A stretch of DNA of 64,000 nucleotides, taken from assembly GCA_002633005.1 (NCBI GenBank), contig NMRA01000538.1:186001-250000 (forward strand), read 5' to 3'. Below, piece by piece: positions 13,331-26,700 of the stretch (position 1 is the first letter of the stretch; the number at the start of each line of letters is the position of its first letter). Below the pieces are notes generated by a model. It made no database searches and was not told the DNA's origin. It saw nothing but the letters and a program-made list of their open reading frames with translations. This DNA comes from Phoronis australis (lineage: Eukaryota; Animalia; Phoronida). The position numbers were made by a program, and so were the translations under genes.

Positions 13331-14913
13331 GTTAAAGATGGCGGAAATATTGGACGTGGCGCATGCGCACCCCGAAATATGGCTAAAAACGTTTTCTCCT
13401 GTAGAGGGCGCAATTGCAAACCAATCACTTTCAAACTGGTCACGTGTTTGTTGAGTTTAATAAGCTTTTATAAAAAATTATTGAACCAGAAGTCACCTTC
13501 AAGATGGCGGCTGTGGGGCATGTTCACACGGTTTCAATCGCTCTGGTGTCACATTTTTTATGGGAAGAGCAAATGACGTGAACTTTTGCATGTGGATTCC
13601 TTGAAGTATGGCCTTTCAAAAAGTCTGCGAGAGCGTATTTCTCAGACTTACCGTTTTCGAGTTATTTGACTTTGAATTTCAAAAAAAAAACCGGCAAATT
13701 TTCAATTTTCTCGAAAATTTTTTTGATTTTTGCCAAACTACCACTTTAGATAGAGATTTGAACGGGCTTTCAGAAGATAATTTCCATTTTGCGCTACGAC
13801 GTCTTCTTTTCGAATTATTCGAGATTTTCGGATACCGTTGTTCCTGTGCAAGCGCGCAGGTGGCTGGCTTTCAGTTCACTTTGTTTTGGTTATGCCTAGT
13901 TGACCCAGACTGACCCAGCCAGCACTGTCCTACTTTAAAGCATGGCTCGTCCGTCATTTTAAATTATCAATTCGTCTTCATTTCATACAATTAATAATTG
14001 TTTTCATAAAAATCAGAAGTCCCATATTTGAAAACCTTTCCTACAGAAGTGCAGCACTTTAAATACAATTCCCACCATTTTTGAGAACACTGTATAAAGC
14101 ATGGTATCTGAAAGCTTCACAGGAATTTCTGCAATATGATTGTTCTGAAGGTAACCATTTATCTGCTGTCCTATATAACCTTAACATCACCCAATTTTAT
14201 GCTTGTAAATGTATGCTCATGGTGACACATACCTATAAGACACTGGTTGTGAAGTGTTTTTAAGCCTGTAATTAATTTACTGGTGACATGCAACAATAAT
14301 AAGCAACTGGGCAACAACAAACAACTGCTTCTTAACATCACCAAGAAGACATAAACAACTGAGGCTTAGGTGAAAGAAAAGTAGATACAGCTAACATAAC
14401 CAGACTTTTATTTTAAGGAGATATGATCTTGTAAAATCAATGAACCTCCAAGGTCATGAAACTAAATCAATTACAGTTTGTATCAAGTAATTGAAAATAA
14501 CAGTTCCTCAATGTTAATATATGACTAAAATGTTACAAACTGATAGGAAATTACATAACAATTAATTTAACATCAAACTGTGAAAACAATAATCCTTTTG
14601 AACAACTCTTCAGTTGCCACAAAAAATTCAAAGTAGCGATAACTAGTGTTTATGTCAATAAATGATTTGACAAACTGTCTTTAAAAGGCAATGAACCTCT
14701 GCCTGCTGAAAAAAAAATGATTTACATAAGCTACTTCAACCACTATGAAATGGTATAACCTTTGATCCTTACTCAGATAAGCAAATTGAAGGCTTGAGAA
14801 CCAAGAGTTACTTACCAGTATTTCTTCACACCAATTTCTTGTCACTGTGTTAGTATCTGTCGCTGAAATAGTATGGCTGTCTGGGTAATTCAAGGCATTT
14901 TATCCAAACAATG

Positions 14914-15171
14914 CATGCGAGCACCCAGGGGGGCTCGGGGGCCTCGAATGAGCCCCCCCTCCATTTGGCGAAGTGGGCAAAAAGTCCACCAGAGAAACAA
15001 AAAGTTTCAGAAAACGAGACAAAGTCCACCAAAAAGGTGCAGACGCACAGTTACAGGTCACAGTTCTGAAAATGGTACCCCGTTTTTTTATCTTGCCGCC
15101 TTCTTTGTCAGCAAAAGGTCCACATCCTCAGAAATTCGAGCCCCCCATATTAAAGGCTGGGAGCGCGCATG
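14914..15171. mobile_element. MITE (258 bp) with ~15-bp TIRs and 5-bp TSD CAATG
   Basis: Left end CATGCGAGCACCCAG; right end reverse complement CATGCGCGCTCCCAG; CAATG at 14909-14913 and 15172-15176. Confidence 0.7.
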
Positions 15172-15258
15172 CAATGTCATTTAAAACAAAAGATAAGATG
15201 TACATGACATTGCTTTTTAAGAGCGAAAATTCCTGTAAAGAAAATTGTTTTTGTCTTA

Positions 15259-16769
15259 CCGTACTCGTCCGGGTTACTGCCAAGGGCGCTTAAATTTGGA
15301 ATCTAAAAAAACAGGGGATGGGGCGGTAAGCCGAGCGTGGGCGATTAAAATCGAAATTTTTGAAAAGTCAAGAGAGGGTGCTTACTGCACGGACTGATTT
15401 TACCCTCAGAGAGCTACACTGACGTTGGACTTCAAGCATAGCAGTTCAAATATACGTCAACGGATTGAAGTAATGTACTTCCACTCCCTGAAGTGGAATA
15501 ACGCACATGATGCAGGGCGCCGTGATCCAGAGCGTGATTGGGTTTTTTACGTACCTCCGTCGCTGCTCGTCATTTCACCTGTATTCCTACAGGTAGGCGT
15601 GCCTTCAGTAGGGCAAATTCATTGTATTCTGAAGATTTCGTAATAAACATTATAAAAAAGTAGGGCAAATTTCTTCATAGAAAAGGCAAATCAAACAAGA
15701 CCCTGCTACTGCACCGCGTATTTATAAGGGAAGCACCTCATTTTGTAGATTTGCTCCCAGCTAGACAATTTGGCAACCAAAGCACGTGCTAATGATTGAC
15801 AGGCCTCAGTTCTTTTAAGAACATTAAAATGCTTTGAACCTAGTTTGAAAAATGAAACTTTATATACATTGTGTAGTTCTTTCTGAGTTGAACAGCCGAC
15901 ACCACTCTTTAAAGCAGGTGCTCAACAATCGGACGATACTACTATTGGGCAATAGGGGTGCTAGGTCAGTTTCAAAAATAATGAAGCAAAAACACATCAT
16001 GTATAAAGACATCAGGCAAATCAAGAGTTCAAAAAATAAGTTTTTGACTACGTGGATGTGGATAGAATGGTCGGCCTGCGCTCAGTAAAAACTTGATTTC
16101 TTGCATTGTTGCTTTTGGTTGGGAGCTTCCATTTTGGGTGGGCACTTCTATTTTGGTGTCGGGAGTGAGCCATTAAAAATGCGCTTAACCGAGGCATGGA
16201 ACAGCGAGACAAGTTGGCTTGTCACAATGACTCGTGTCTGCTTGTGTTCAAAACAATGCGTCCAAAATAATGTTGGTGTGCTCGTGCTTTTTCTTATTTC
16301 ATTGCTCAGGGTGATGTTTCGTGTACTGTCACGGCACATACGGGGAATCACAGAAAGGTAGAACACGGACTTCAAATTCTTGTCAAGTACCGCTTTGGTT
16401 GTTCTTCCATGGCAATGAGATACATTTGACAAGCGCTGTCTCAGTGATCAGTAAATGCTGACACGAGCCAAATGAAATAATTGTGTCTCCTTCAATAAAG
16501 TGCTTGAGAATACGGGTATTTTACTGTCACAATAAGGCAAGTTCCCAGTTCCGCTAAAGCAGATTGAATGTCACTGAAAGGTAAGCGAGTTGCACACGTT
16601 TTGGAATCTTAGTTTTGTGCGACGAACGTTCAAAAAGCACAGACGCTTTAAGGATGTCTTGATCATGAAAAATTGGGGGTGGGTGGTAAGCAGAGCATGG
16701 GCGCTTAAAACTGAAAATTTCGAGGGTGGGCGGTAAGCCGAGCATGGGCAGTAACCCGAGCAAGTACTG
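15259..16769. mobile_element. Non-autonomous Tc1/mariner-pogo-like DNA transposon (~1.5 kb)
   Basis: TA|CCGTACTCGTCCGGGTTACTGCC at left, GGCAGTAACCCGAGCAAGTACTG|TA at right (~23-bp imperfect TIRs, TA TSD); subterminal GGCGGTAAGCCGAGC(A/G)TGGGC repeats at both ends; no transposase ORF. Confidence 0.75.
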
Positions 16770-17712
16770 TATTTGACTTCATCCAAGTCAGAAATTTTAC
16801 TAATAGCCCTGCTGACTTTTTTGTTTTTCGTGACTCCCAAAACATTTTTTCAGTCTTGTGGAGCAGACTACATACTTCTATCTTTTGACTTTGCAGACAG
16901 TATTCTTATACCAAGCCTTAGCCTGTTTTTGTGAAACAGGCAAAGCCATCCATAGCCTAAAGTCAAAAGATAATATACCATAGACACTGCGAGATACAGG
17001 CCCAAGAACATGGTGTGTAGATGCTTTAAACTAAAACACAACATCCACCACATTCAAGGCAGTTCTATTAAACATGTCATTACTGCATACTGTGGGTGGC
17101 ATGGTTGTCATGAATATAATATCACAATAAATAAATTGATGTTTTCATTGGTCGCATCTGCAAGATAGCTGACTGAATTTCAAATGAATATTTTAAGGAC
17201 CACAAATCGTGAAATTTACACCAAAATTCAGTGGGGTAAACAATAAAGTAAACACCTTCATGTCCAAGAAAAGGGAAAGTCTTCAAAGCATGCTTCGTAA
17301 TAATCGAGTTAAACAGCTTTGCTAACCACATTGTTCATATATTTACAAGCTATCTTTTTATTCAATTTTGAAAAGTTTGAAACAAAACTAGAGAGGCTTG
17401 GTCAACTCTATTTTCAATTTACAGTTTCAAATAGAAAATAAACTAAGTATCAAAAAAAATAATTACAACTCACATATGATATAGAACAAAGAAATATTTT
17501 TAAGTCCTACAACATTCCTGTAATAGTTATAGATACTCCTCGGCATAATAGGAACCATACACCATGTATTGGCGTTTGTTAGTAATAAGACTTAACATAC
17601 AAAATCATCCTTTTACTGCGTGAATAAGAAAACTATCCCTCCTAAGATCAATAGATAAATGTTAAGTAAATCCAGATCTACAGCAACTATCCAAAACTAA
17701 AACATGATTTTT

Positions 17713-17806
17713 CAAGTATTACCCTATGTTTCAAATCTGAATACGGTTCAACTTACCCAAGTATTACCCTATGTTTCAAATCTGAATACGGTTCAACTTA
17801 CCCAAG
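17713..17806. repeat. Perfect 45-bp tandem duplication
   Basis: CAAGTATTACCCTATGTTTCAAATCTGAATACGGTTCAACTTACC x2. Confidence 0.95.
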
Positions 17807-17922
17807 TTCCGAAATCCTCACAAATCTCTAATTCCCTCCTGTTCGTTGAAAAGGAAATACAATTTTCCACTAGATAACATGTAATGGATTATTACTGCAG
17901 GTAATCACTCACCTTTGTAGAG

Positions 17923-17936
17923 GTATCCATGGCAAC
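17923..17936. promoter_or_regulatory. RFX X-box-like site next to a candidate minus-strand 5' exon donor
   Basis: GTATCCATGGCAAC fits the X-box consensus GTHNYY-AT-RRNAAC; a strong minus-strand donor AAG|GTGAGT lies at 17913/17912. Confidence 0.4.
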
Positions 17937-20900
17937 GATCTCTTGGTATTTGTGACAACTCAAGAATCACAGGGGCTGACATTGAATGTCACACAGAGGA
18001 TCAATAATGATAGATGATACACTGGCTACTTTGTAGACCACAGCCCAGACAAAAACAGACTTCCTCTGCTATTTCCTAGATAGCAGTGTTCAAGTACCTA
18101 GGAACATATGTTCTTCAGCGTTTGCGTTTAGTGAAGGATGAATGCGTTTTATACAAGAATGCACATTGAAGTCAATGAATGGAGATTAAAACGTTTTAAC
18201 AAGAGAATGTGCTAATAAGAATGCAAAGTCTATGGCATACTGCATTGTATTATATTTATTTTTGTATTATGTTTACATCAATTCAAGATACAACAAAACA
18301 CATTATATTGTAAAAGGTTGCATTTTCTCGTGTTGTTCTGCATTTAATACCTGTGACATGTTTTACAAATTAGAGACAATATGAACTGCATTGTATTGCT
18401 TTGTTATACTATATTGTATTGCATGGCATTATTAATGAAATCAGGTCCTAGAACAAATAAACAAATAACGCTCAGCTCAGCCCTGTGCCAGACCTACAAT
18501 GCAATTAAAAGGTACAAAAAAGTAATGCCAATGAAGAGGGACTTGACACTAACAGTGAGAATACCAAGAGGTTCATTAAAAATAACAACATTTCGCGATT
18601 CATGTTAAGATGAGTGCACCACTTTTTCTAAGCTGGACTGTTGGTATTCAATAACATTGGCAAAAATCCAAAAGCAAATTGGACTAATCTCATAAAAAAT
18701 CGAAAACAATCAGTGATGCTCTTTGCAGTAAAACCAATTTGCTGTGTCCTACAAATTACTATATCCTCTTAAAGCGACTATAATCCAACTTCTGACAAAA
18801 AACACTTTTCCATTTAGAGTGTATTGAAATTGGTCTCAAACTGTTGTTTATTCAAAATATTTGTGATTTATGAGCTTGTAAAAAACCGAGTACATTATTG
18901 CTTGAAACTTGGATTTACAAGTTGACTTGCCAAGTAAGGTCTGGAGAATTAAAGCAGTCAGCCAGACCAAAAATCCCTTATCATCAGAGTTAAGGAACAA
19001 GTCAAGACCAATTTTATAGCAGTAAGTGGTCAACATTAAAATTTCTAAGTGTCTTCCAATGAACACGGGTATATTTCCGCTTTAAATGTACAATAAACTC
19101 AGGCACTGGCAGGAGTATCACAACTTCCCTCAAAAGCTGATATGCATATCCCGCATTTTGAAAGCGGCGCCATCTGGTGCCATGGTGCATCTGGGGATAG
19201 ACCCGAGTAACCACTTTGCACAGTCCCAGCTGTTAAAAGTGGCTTGTAAACGTAGTGATGGGAGATGCCGGCTGATTTAGCTGTTGTGTGCTTGGATGTT
19301 TTAGTAATTGAAACAGCGGCATCTGAAGTACTAAAGAGTTCCCGAAAAATCCGAAAGCTAGAAAGTTATGGGTGAAAAACATTGGCAGAGCTGGTAATAA
19401 GGGCAAGTTTAGCAAGTTCGCGTCATGTGTAAACTTGGGTCTTTAAGCTATGTACCCTCATATCTGAAACGGGACATAGCCAATACCACTAAGGAGTGGT
19501 CACATTTATTTCAAATATGGGTGTATGAAAAAGCTTATGATTATATTGTCCCCTGCCTCGGTGTTCTGCTGAGCTTGTTCACAGCAGTCGGAAACTTTAA
19601 CAGTTTGGGAATAGCGAGGATCTGAAGCAAAGCTGAGTACTCTATCGTAGTGAAAATAATAACTTTGCTTTTTATCAAACTATTACTTGTCAGCAAGTTG
19701 GAGCAACATCCAGAAACATGGTTTGGAAGACATTTAATTCAATCATGGGGTCAATCGAGATTTCTTCTAACGCTTGCAAGTTTTTTCCTCTTGACTGATT
19801 TTCTGGTGAACATCACTCAAAAGCCAGAAAAGTATGTTAAAAGCGTTAGCAATATATCAACAAAATTCACATGAATTCAGAGTACTAAATAGGGTGTAAA
19901 GGGGTCTAAAATCTGTAGCACTAGTATTTGCCTTGCAATAAGTTCACCCTTGACGCCCTGCTTGCCTTCCTACAACACAGCCAACGTTTGAGTTCAGTGA
20001 CTGTGCACGCTTCAAACAGCTTGTTTATGAAAGCCCCTGCCACAGTCTACCTCTGTCAAATTTTCTTCCTTCACCTTCGTTTATACAGTTCACGCACACA
20101 CCATGTGCCAACACTTGGTTACTCAGGTCAATGCCAGTGCACAATGCTTCATCTACTTCCCAACATGCACACTACGCTTCTGCATATGGGTTATTTGTTA
20201 AGAACTGTGTCTTGTTATCCACATAAGAAATTGGGGAACTTGTACTATAGTGTTACAAATAATTTCTTGCTGCCAACATATGAAGGAATAAATCAATATC
20301 AGAAGCTCAACAGTTTATTTACATTCTCCACCATGATTAACAATTAATACACCGACAGGCAATTTTAGTCATACCATCAGCATGCAAGAACACGGTCATT
20401 GGCTTTTTAATTTAAATTGCTTATTGCGAAACACTTAAACAAGAGAAACAAATAATATATCATAGTGTCAAGCATTAGCACCTGGGTGGTTATTTTTTAT
20501 AGATATTTTTCACTCAGCGCTTATTTAAAACTCCAGGCTTAACCAAAGAGGCCAGCTTTGCAGACCCTGTGCTTACTAATACTCTTGACTGTTGTTGCCA
20601 ACATGGTCACAGTGTTTGATAAGTTTTCATCAATAGACAGTTTTGAATAGTGTAAATAGTTTCACTTCAGAACCATAACCAGACCAATGCAAGACTGGCT
20701 TCTCACTATGTTTTTAAAACAACCATTATGTCACTTTTGATGTATTCATTAATTTCTAGGCGCTAACTTACATTTAAGTTAAAAGTAAGGTTAGCCCTAG
20801 ACTATCCACTGCGAATTGCAGTCAGAATTGTTTTTCCATTTAATCTTGTATTACAGCTCCCGGTGCTTATTTACCAGTATTTTATATGTTTTTTACCAGT

Positions 20901-23339
20901 GCTTATTCGAGACCAGGACTTATTGCGAACCAGCGCTAATAGGCGACACTCCGATATTATAACCAAGGCCTAGAGTCCAATATTTGTACTCTGAGTCAAA
21001 CTCAAAATTATTTCTCCAACTTTTTTTTTCTATTTTGATATGAGGTAAAGATAAGTGTCCATTAGTCTGTGCTCGAGTACATTATGAAATTCATGGATAA
21101 CTCTAATCCCTGCTAACAAATGACTTCAGTATTAAATCTTTAAGTTGGGGTATGAACTCCAAATCTCAAGTTTTTACTGAAGTTAATGTATATCAAACCT
21201 ATGAGACATCAAGTGCGGACAGGGCTTAGCCACACATCATCAGAGCCATAATAAAGTACACTGAATAATAGACACTCATCTTAAGTTTAAAGGGGACTTG
21301 AAAATATCAAAAATAATTATGAGTTTGAATTCGAATAAAAAGATTAGACCCAAGATTGTGATAACAACAAGTGAATGGGTTGACAAAAAACCCTTTGCAA
21401 TGAACATACAAATTGCACTGTAAATTTCATTATCAGTTGAGGTGGTACCAAAAAACTATGCCAACAACCTCCAATATCAATACACATAACACAGATTTCA
21501 CATTTCAGAACAACAACTCTTCTCAATCAGTGAATATGTAAACTACACACCAAAAGTAACTGGACAATATTATTTATCCCCATCACAATCATGACTGTCT
21601 AATTGCAAAACTGATGATGAATGGTACCAAAAACCTAGCTATAAAAAAGCACTTCCCCTTGTTATGACGGATGGCTACCATCAAACTGAATTTCACTTTT
21701 AGACGTTATAAAGGGAAACTCCGGTATATTTTGTCCAATCACTTTTGGTAAACACTGAAAGAAACAAAAATATAAAATGCAAATCAACAGAAGAGTCAGC
21801 ATGGTGAACACTAATGTACATCACACAAGCAACAACAACTGTTATTTTACATCTTCACAAAGAAACGCACTTCTCGAGCGTGTGAACAAAGTTTGAATTG
21901 CTGTTAAAAAGCAAAGCAACAAAACAATCAGTAAAAACAATATTTTAAGACCCATATATCAACACGTGGTGGCAGTTCACAAGTTACGTCACAAATCATG
22001 TCAACATTTCAAGGATAATTTCACCAATAGCTCAGTGCTTAATATGCATGTCTGTTGCATGATTGTATGATTGTTGAATCCTTTGTAAGTGACACGCAAG
22101 TCACTCACACATCACCTATGTTTTATTATTACTTCAATTTCGATGACTGCCATATCAAAATAAACCCGCAAGATTTCTTGACGAAACAATACACAATTGA
22201 TGTGAACAAGGAAGCAGAGGTATATAATTAAAAGATTGTGTTTCTGCAGTCAGACATAAAGCAATGTTATCATGAAGCATGTGGTTAGACAATATTTGCT
22301 TGGAAGGGCTGGTAGAAGACACTAATAAAGTATACATTTTTAGGGGGGAGGTGGTAAAAAGGAGTGTTTTGTACACTTAAGAAATGTTAATAATTGTGAA
22401 CAGTCTCTTAATACAGCTCAACTATTCCGTGACTTTTCACATAACATTTCATATCATTTAAGACTGAAACAATTCGATTCGGTTTGGCTCTAACAAAAAT
22501 ATGTTTGTTCTATTTGGCTCATTTATAACTAAAATAAGCCCTAGAAGCATGGACATTGTGTACGTTTTAGAAATGCATGGAAAATTGTCCAAATTTTGCA
22601 ACTATTATAAGGATGTTGTTTGACTGAAATTTTGAATTAAAAAATGTGATTGTAGCTACTTTGTTGGTACTTGATTCAGCTGAGATTCAGAACCAAACCC
22701 AAAAACAGAACTGAAAAACCAAAGCGAAATCTGAAAATAAACCGGAAACTAGTAATTCCATGATGAAACCACGATGCCAACTTGCATTCAAGCTATTGTT
22801 GATGTGCTGGAAAGGCAATATCGTAAATACTTCCTTACTGAAATCTCAGATGAATTGGAAAGAGAGACCATCTCTGAAAAATTGCATAACAGAGGGGACC
22901 TACACCTTAAAGCGAACAGTCATCTGTATGAACATTCCTGTTTGTGACAAAGGACCTTGAATTATTGCATCATATGTGCAATCATTTCTGAACACACTAC
23001 CAATGGCCACCTAGGGTGATACTATTGGGGTAAATAGACGTTTTATAAATAATATTCTATTGATCAACAATATGAACAGGTGAGTTAGTATGTGTTTGTA
23101 TTTCTTGTACTTGAAAGGTAATTAACATTTATTGGACTTCACTTTTTGTTCTTTTTTAAATATTTTCGCTGTCTGTTGGTCTGACAGCAAGTTCGTTCTC
23201 TACAGGTCGCAATTTTCGTCCGATTTTCACAAAATTTGCACACGACGTGTAGATCGGGAAGTACTGGAACGCTATAAACACAAGTACAGACTGTTAACTC
23301 TCAGAGCCAAGTCCAACCAAAGAGAAAGAGGAGAACCGA

Positions 23340-23720
23340 CGTCAAAAAACAACAGGATATTGTGAAGCAAGCCCGGCTATGCTTTGTTTATTTGATCGAC
23401 ACTTGAAAGGAGATTGCCCATCTAACTTTTTGGAAACAACTGTGGACAAAAACATCACACCTCGCTATGCAATGCTAATACAAATCGACCATCGTTGCCA
23501 AATTCCACAGTGCTTCAAAGAAAAGAGCCAACCCTGCCAGATACACATGTGAAGCTTACACCCACGTCAAGACCTGTCTTATTGAAGACCGCCATCGCCA
23601 CTGTATCAAGAGGATCAGTCTGAGCCCAAGCTAACATATTATTTGATGATGGATTCCAAAGCACATTTATGACCCAATGTGTTGCTAAGAAGTTGAATAT
23701 CAACTGCTCTACTGGAAGAT
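23340..23720 (+). mobile_element. Degenerate BEL/Pao LTR-retrotransposon fragment (Gag zinc knuckles and aspartic protease)
   Basis: Hand translation gives KQARLCF...HLKGDCPS...NCGQKHHTSLC, then VLLKTAIATVSRGSV*AQANILFDDGFQSTFMTQCVAKKLNI, matching the BEL/Pao protease motif (ILFDxGSQxSFIT); stops and frameshifts present. Confidence 0.75.
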
Positions 23721-26700
23721 CAACTTGTTCATTTTTGGAGATCTTGGCACAACCACAATGAAAAAACCAGCTACTATTGAACTGACAACACACCAAGGTA
23801 AAAAGACTTTACCTGTTGTTGATGTGCCTGTTAAGAATCCCAAGTGCTGCATCATCATGAATACCCCTAGTTCCATATGAACCATCAAAAGATCAGAGGC
23901 AAAAAAAAGAAAGATGCTGAGACTGCAGAGGAGAATGCTACTGCAGTTCAACTGTTTACTCAAATCAGGGGAAGTACTAAGGCCCCTATAATCTCTTCTG
24001 CCTCTTCTGCAATGCCTAATCTACACCAGCTGTCTTTTTTCTTCATGTCTTTCCACATACACCCCAACCACAGTCTTCTTTCCATTGGCTTAACCATTCT
24101 CAGTCTTCTCCATTTACACCCTACCCACACCCTGCACCCCTTAATCTGTAACTGTTCATCCTTCAAATGCGACCATTCTTGCAACTGGCTCACTGATGAA
24201 AAATTTTCTCGTGACAAGCTCGTTGCCTTACGAGAGGTTCACTAAAAAGATTTGTGATGGCGGCAGTGTTTTGCCACCTACTATCCATAGTGGGTGGAAC
24301 ATACATCATGAAAGTACAACTGATTCAAAACAAGATGTCGTCAACAGTGGTCTTCGCACTGACCTTGTTGTATTACTTGACCGTAGCCACCACGAGTCTT
24401 AGTTGTCTTTGATGAGGCTCGAGATTGAAATTATTCTTGGTAGTAACAAGATATCTTCAGGCAAATGAAAGTCATAAATATTTGGAAAGTAATGTTATCT
24501 GGTGTGGTGTACATCAAGGTAGTTTAAAATTTCATTTGATTAGTCAGGAAAGGCCGAACCAGTTTCACTCAATAAAAACTACATCCTGACAATTATTAGT
24601 CATGCGCCTCCTGGTTGTGAGTCTTCATATCCGCATGTGTTGTACAACGTGTGTACCTATGAAGAACATTTTAAGGCCTAGTGTTAAGGATTATCTATAT
24701 TTACATGACAAAGTTCCAGAGCTGCAGTGTGTGCAAATGATTTGGCAGTCTGTATTGCATGTTTAAAATTCTATAGAACGAGCCAAAACTTATTTTGAAA
24801 GAGTGTCTTAGACTATACAAATTCCATGCTGAACGGCTTTATTAGCTTTTTTGCTGAATGGTATAAGGCCAAAAGACTCGAATCTTACAGGCTGAAATTT
24901 GTGAAATAGGGCCATACTTGCTGACAAATCTTGATATGTAAGTTTTCTGGAGGAGAACACAAATTATCAGCACAACATGTATTACTAAACCCAAGCTACT
25001 CGCAATGGTGGAACTTCTGCAGATGATCCTCATTTAGCTATGCTTTTGTCTCTGTGGAGGGAGTTGTATTGCGACGTTGCCAATGGTGAGGCTTATAAAA
25101 CATTTGGAGTCTAAATTGATAACCACAATAAAACAAAAGCCACCCAATGAGCTGTTCTGAAATTTTCATTCTAGAACAAACTTCTTAGAAGTGGTATTTT
25201 GCCCAATCCAACTTATGATTCTGAACCAACAGCTAACAATGCAAAATCTCTATAAGCAATGCTAAACAAAGTCCAGTTGTACAGAAAAGTTATCGGGCAT
25301 TGGAAAGAAATGCACCTTGTTTCCCGTGTCTTCATTCCACAAACTGCATGTAAAAACATAAAACTTTGGTGCACTCCAGCTCCCACTAAGAATAACTCAC
25401 CAACCACTGTGTTTATTGCTGACCAACGTCCTCTTGTTTTTGTTTACTTACTGTAGAAAGGTGACATACCGCTACTACGGGTTCTACAGAATGGACACGC
25501 AGCGATGACCATGCAAGTCAGATGAGACAGGAAAGCAGTTAACATGCTATTTTGCAAGTATTGTACTCTAAAATTGAGCGCTGGCATTATTGAAATAGAT
25601 TTGATTAATGACCAGGGACCGAGGGAAGGTGCTTCTCAGACATACAAGTTGTTATGGAGGAAATGGATGACTTGCAGAATGTATTGCGAAAACACGAACG
25701 AACTACGTAATCCAGTTCCAGTTAGAGCATGAACTTCGATAGCGGAAGTGTTTGACTTGATCGGCAGAGAAACAAATCAGTATGACAAGCATCGAACCAA
25801 TTTGAACAGGCCTCTGCCTAAGTATATGCGGTTGAATTCGTGAAGACCAGTGGCTCAGTCGGAAATAATGGCCGACAGCCATGCATATTTTGATGGGACT
25901 ACCTCAAAACCGCATTACGAAGAACAACTAGGAAGCACACTGGCTTTTCAAGAATTACTTTTTCCGGTTGCCATGTCCAATTCCATATGGTGAATAACAT
26001 GTTACATATTCAAACAATGACAAACAAGTGAAAAGCGGTTCCACGAATTGGTTAGTACAGGCACTTGCATGAAACCTATTTTCAACAATAAAAAGTATCT
26101 CCAGATTTATGTGCTGTAAGATGGTGGAGGAAGCAAAAATATTTGTATTAATTTCACTTGGGAGTCTTCATGTAACACTTACTAATTCCATTGTTTTTTC
26201 TCATGGCATGCAATCTACCTGTTTTGATATTGGAAAATTCCTGTTTTCTGTATGCAAAAACGCCATTTTCTACAAAAACATTGAGATCAATAAGTGCAAA
26301 ATTTGCCTTTTTGTATCTTATGCACACCAGAAAGGTGACAAACTCCTACACAAGGCATCTAAGAAGGGACAAACAGCGATGATCAATGAAGTCAGCTGTG
26401 ACGTGACTGCAGTTAACAAGGTTTTTTGAAAGTGTTGTACTTAGTATCACATCAAGCACTGGGAATTTTTTTTGCCTTCGGCCACAATATACAGTGAAAG
26501 ATTTGGAGATGTGATGAGGATAATAATGATATTTCTGTTCCTTTTTACAAGGGACAAATTGATAATGAAAAAGATGTCAAACATTGGAAAGCTATGCACC
26601 TTCTTTCCCGTGTCTTCATTCCCCAAACTACATGTAAAATATAAAAGTTTGGCGCTGCAGCTCCCACTAAGGATAACCCACCCACCGCTGTAATTATTGC

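Noticed and set aside
12390-13454. Long ORFs (267-354 aa) in the ORF track
   Set aside because: Artifacts of a 21-bp repeat plus 700 Ns.
17968-18000. GADIE ankyrin-like peptide on the plus strand
   Set aside because: Only five residues, no GxTPLH motif or exon boundaries; likely chance.
19600-19800. Possible LINE remnant (WKTFNSIMG)
   Set aside because: Single short motif, too decayed to call.
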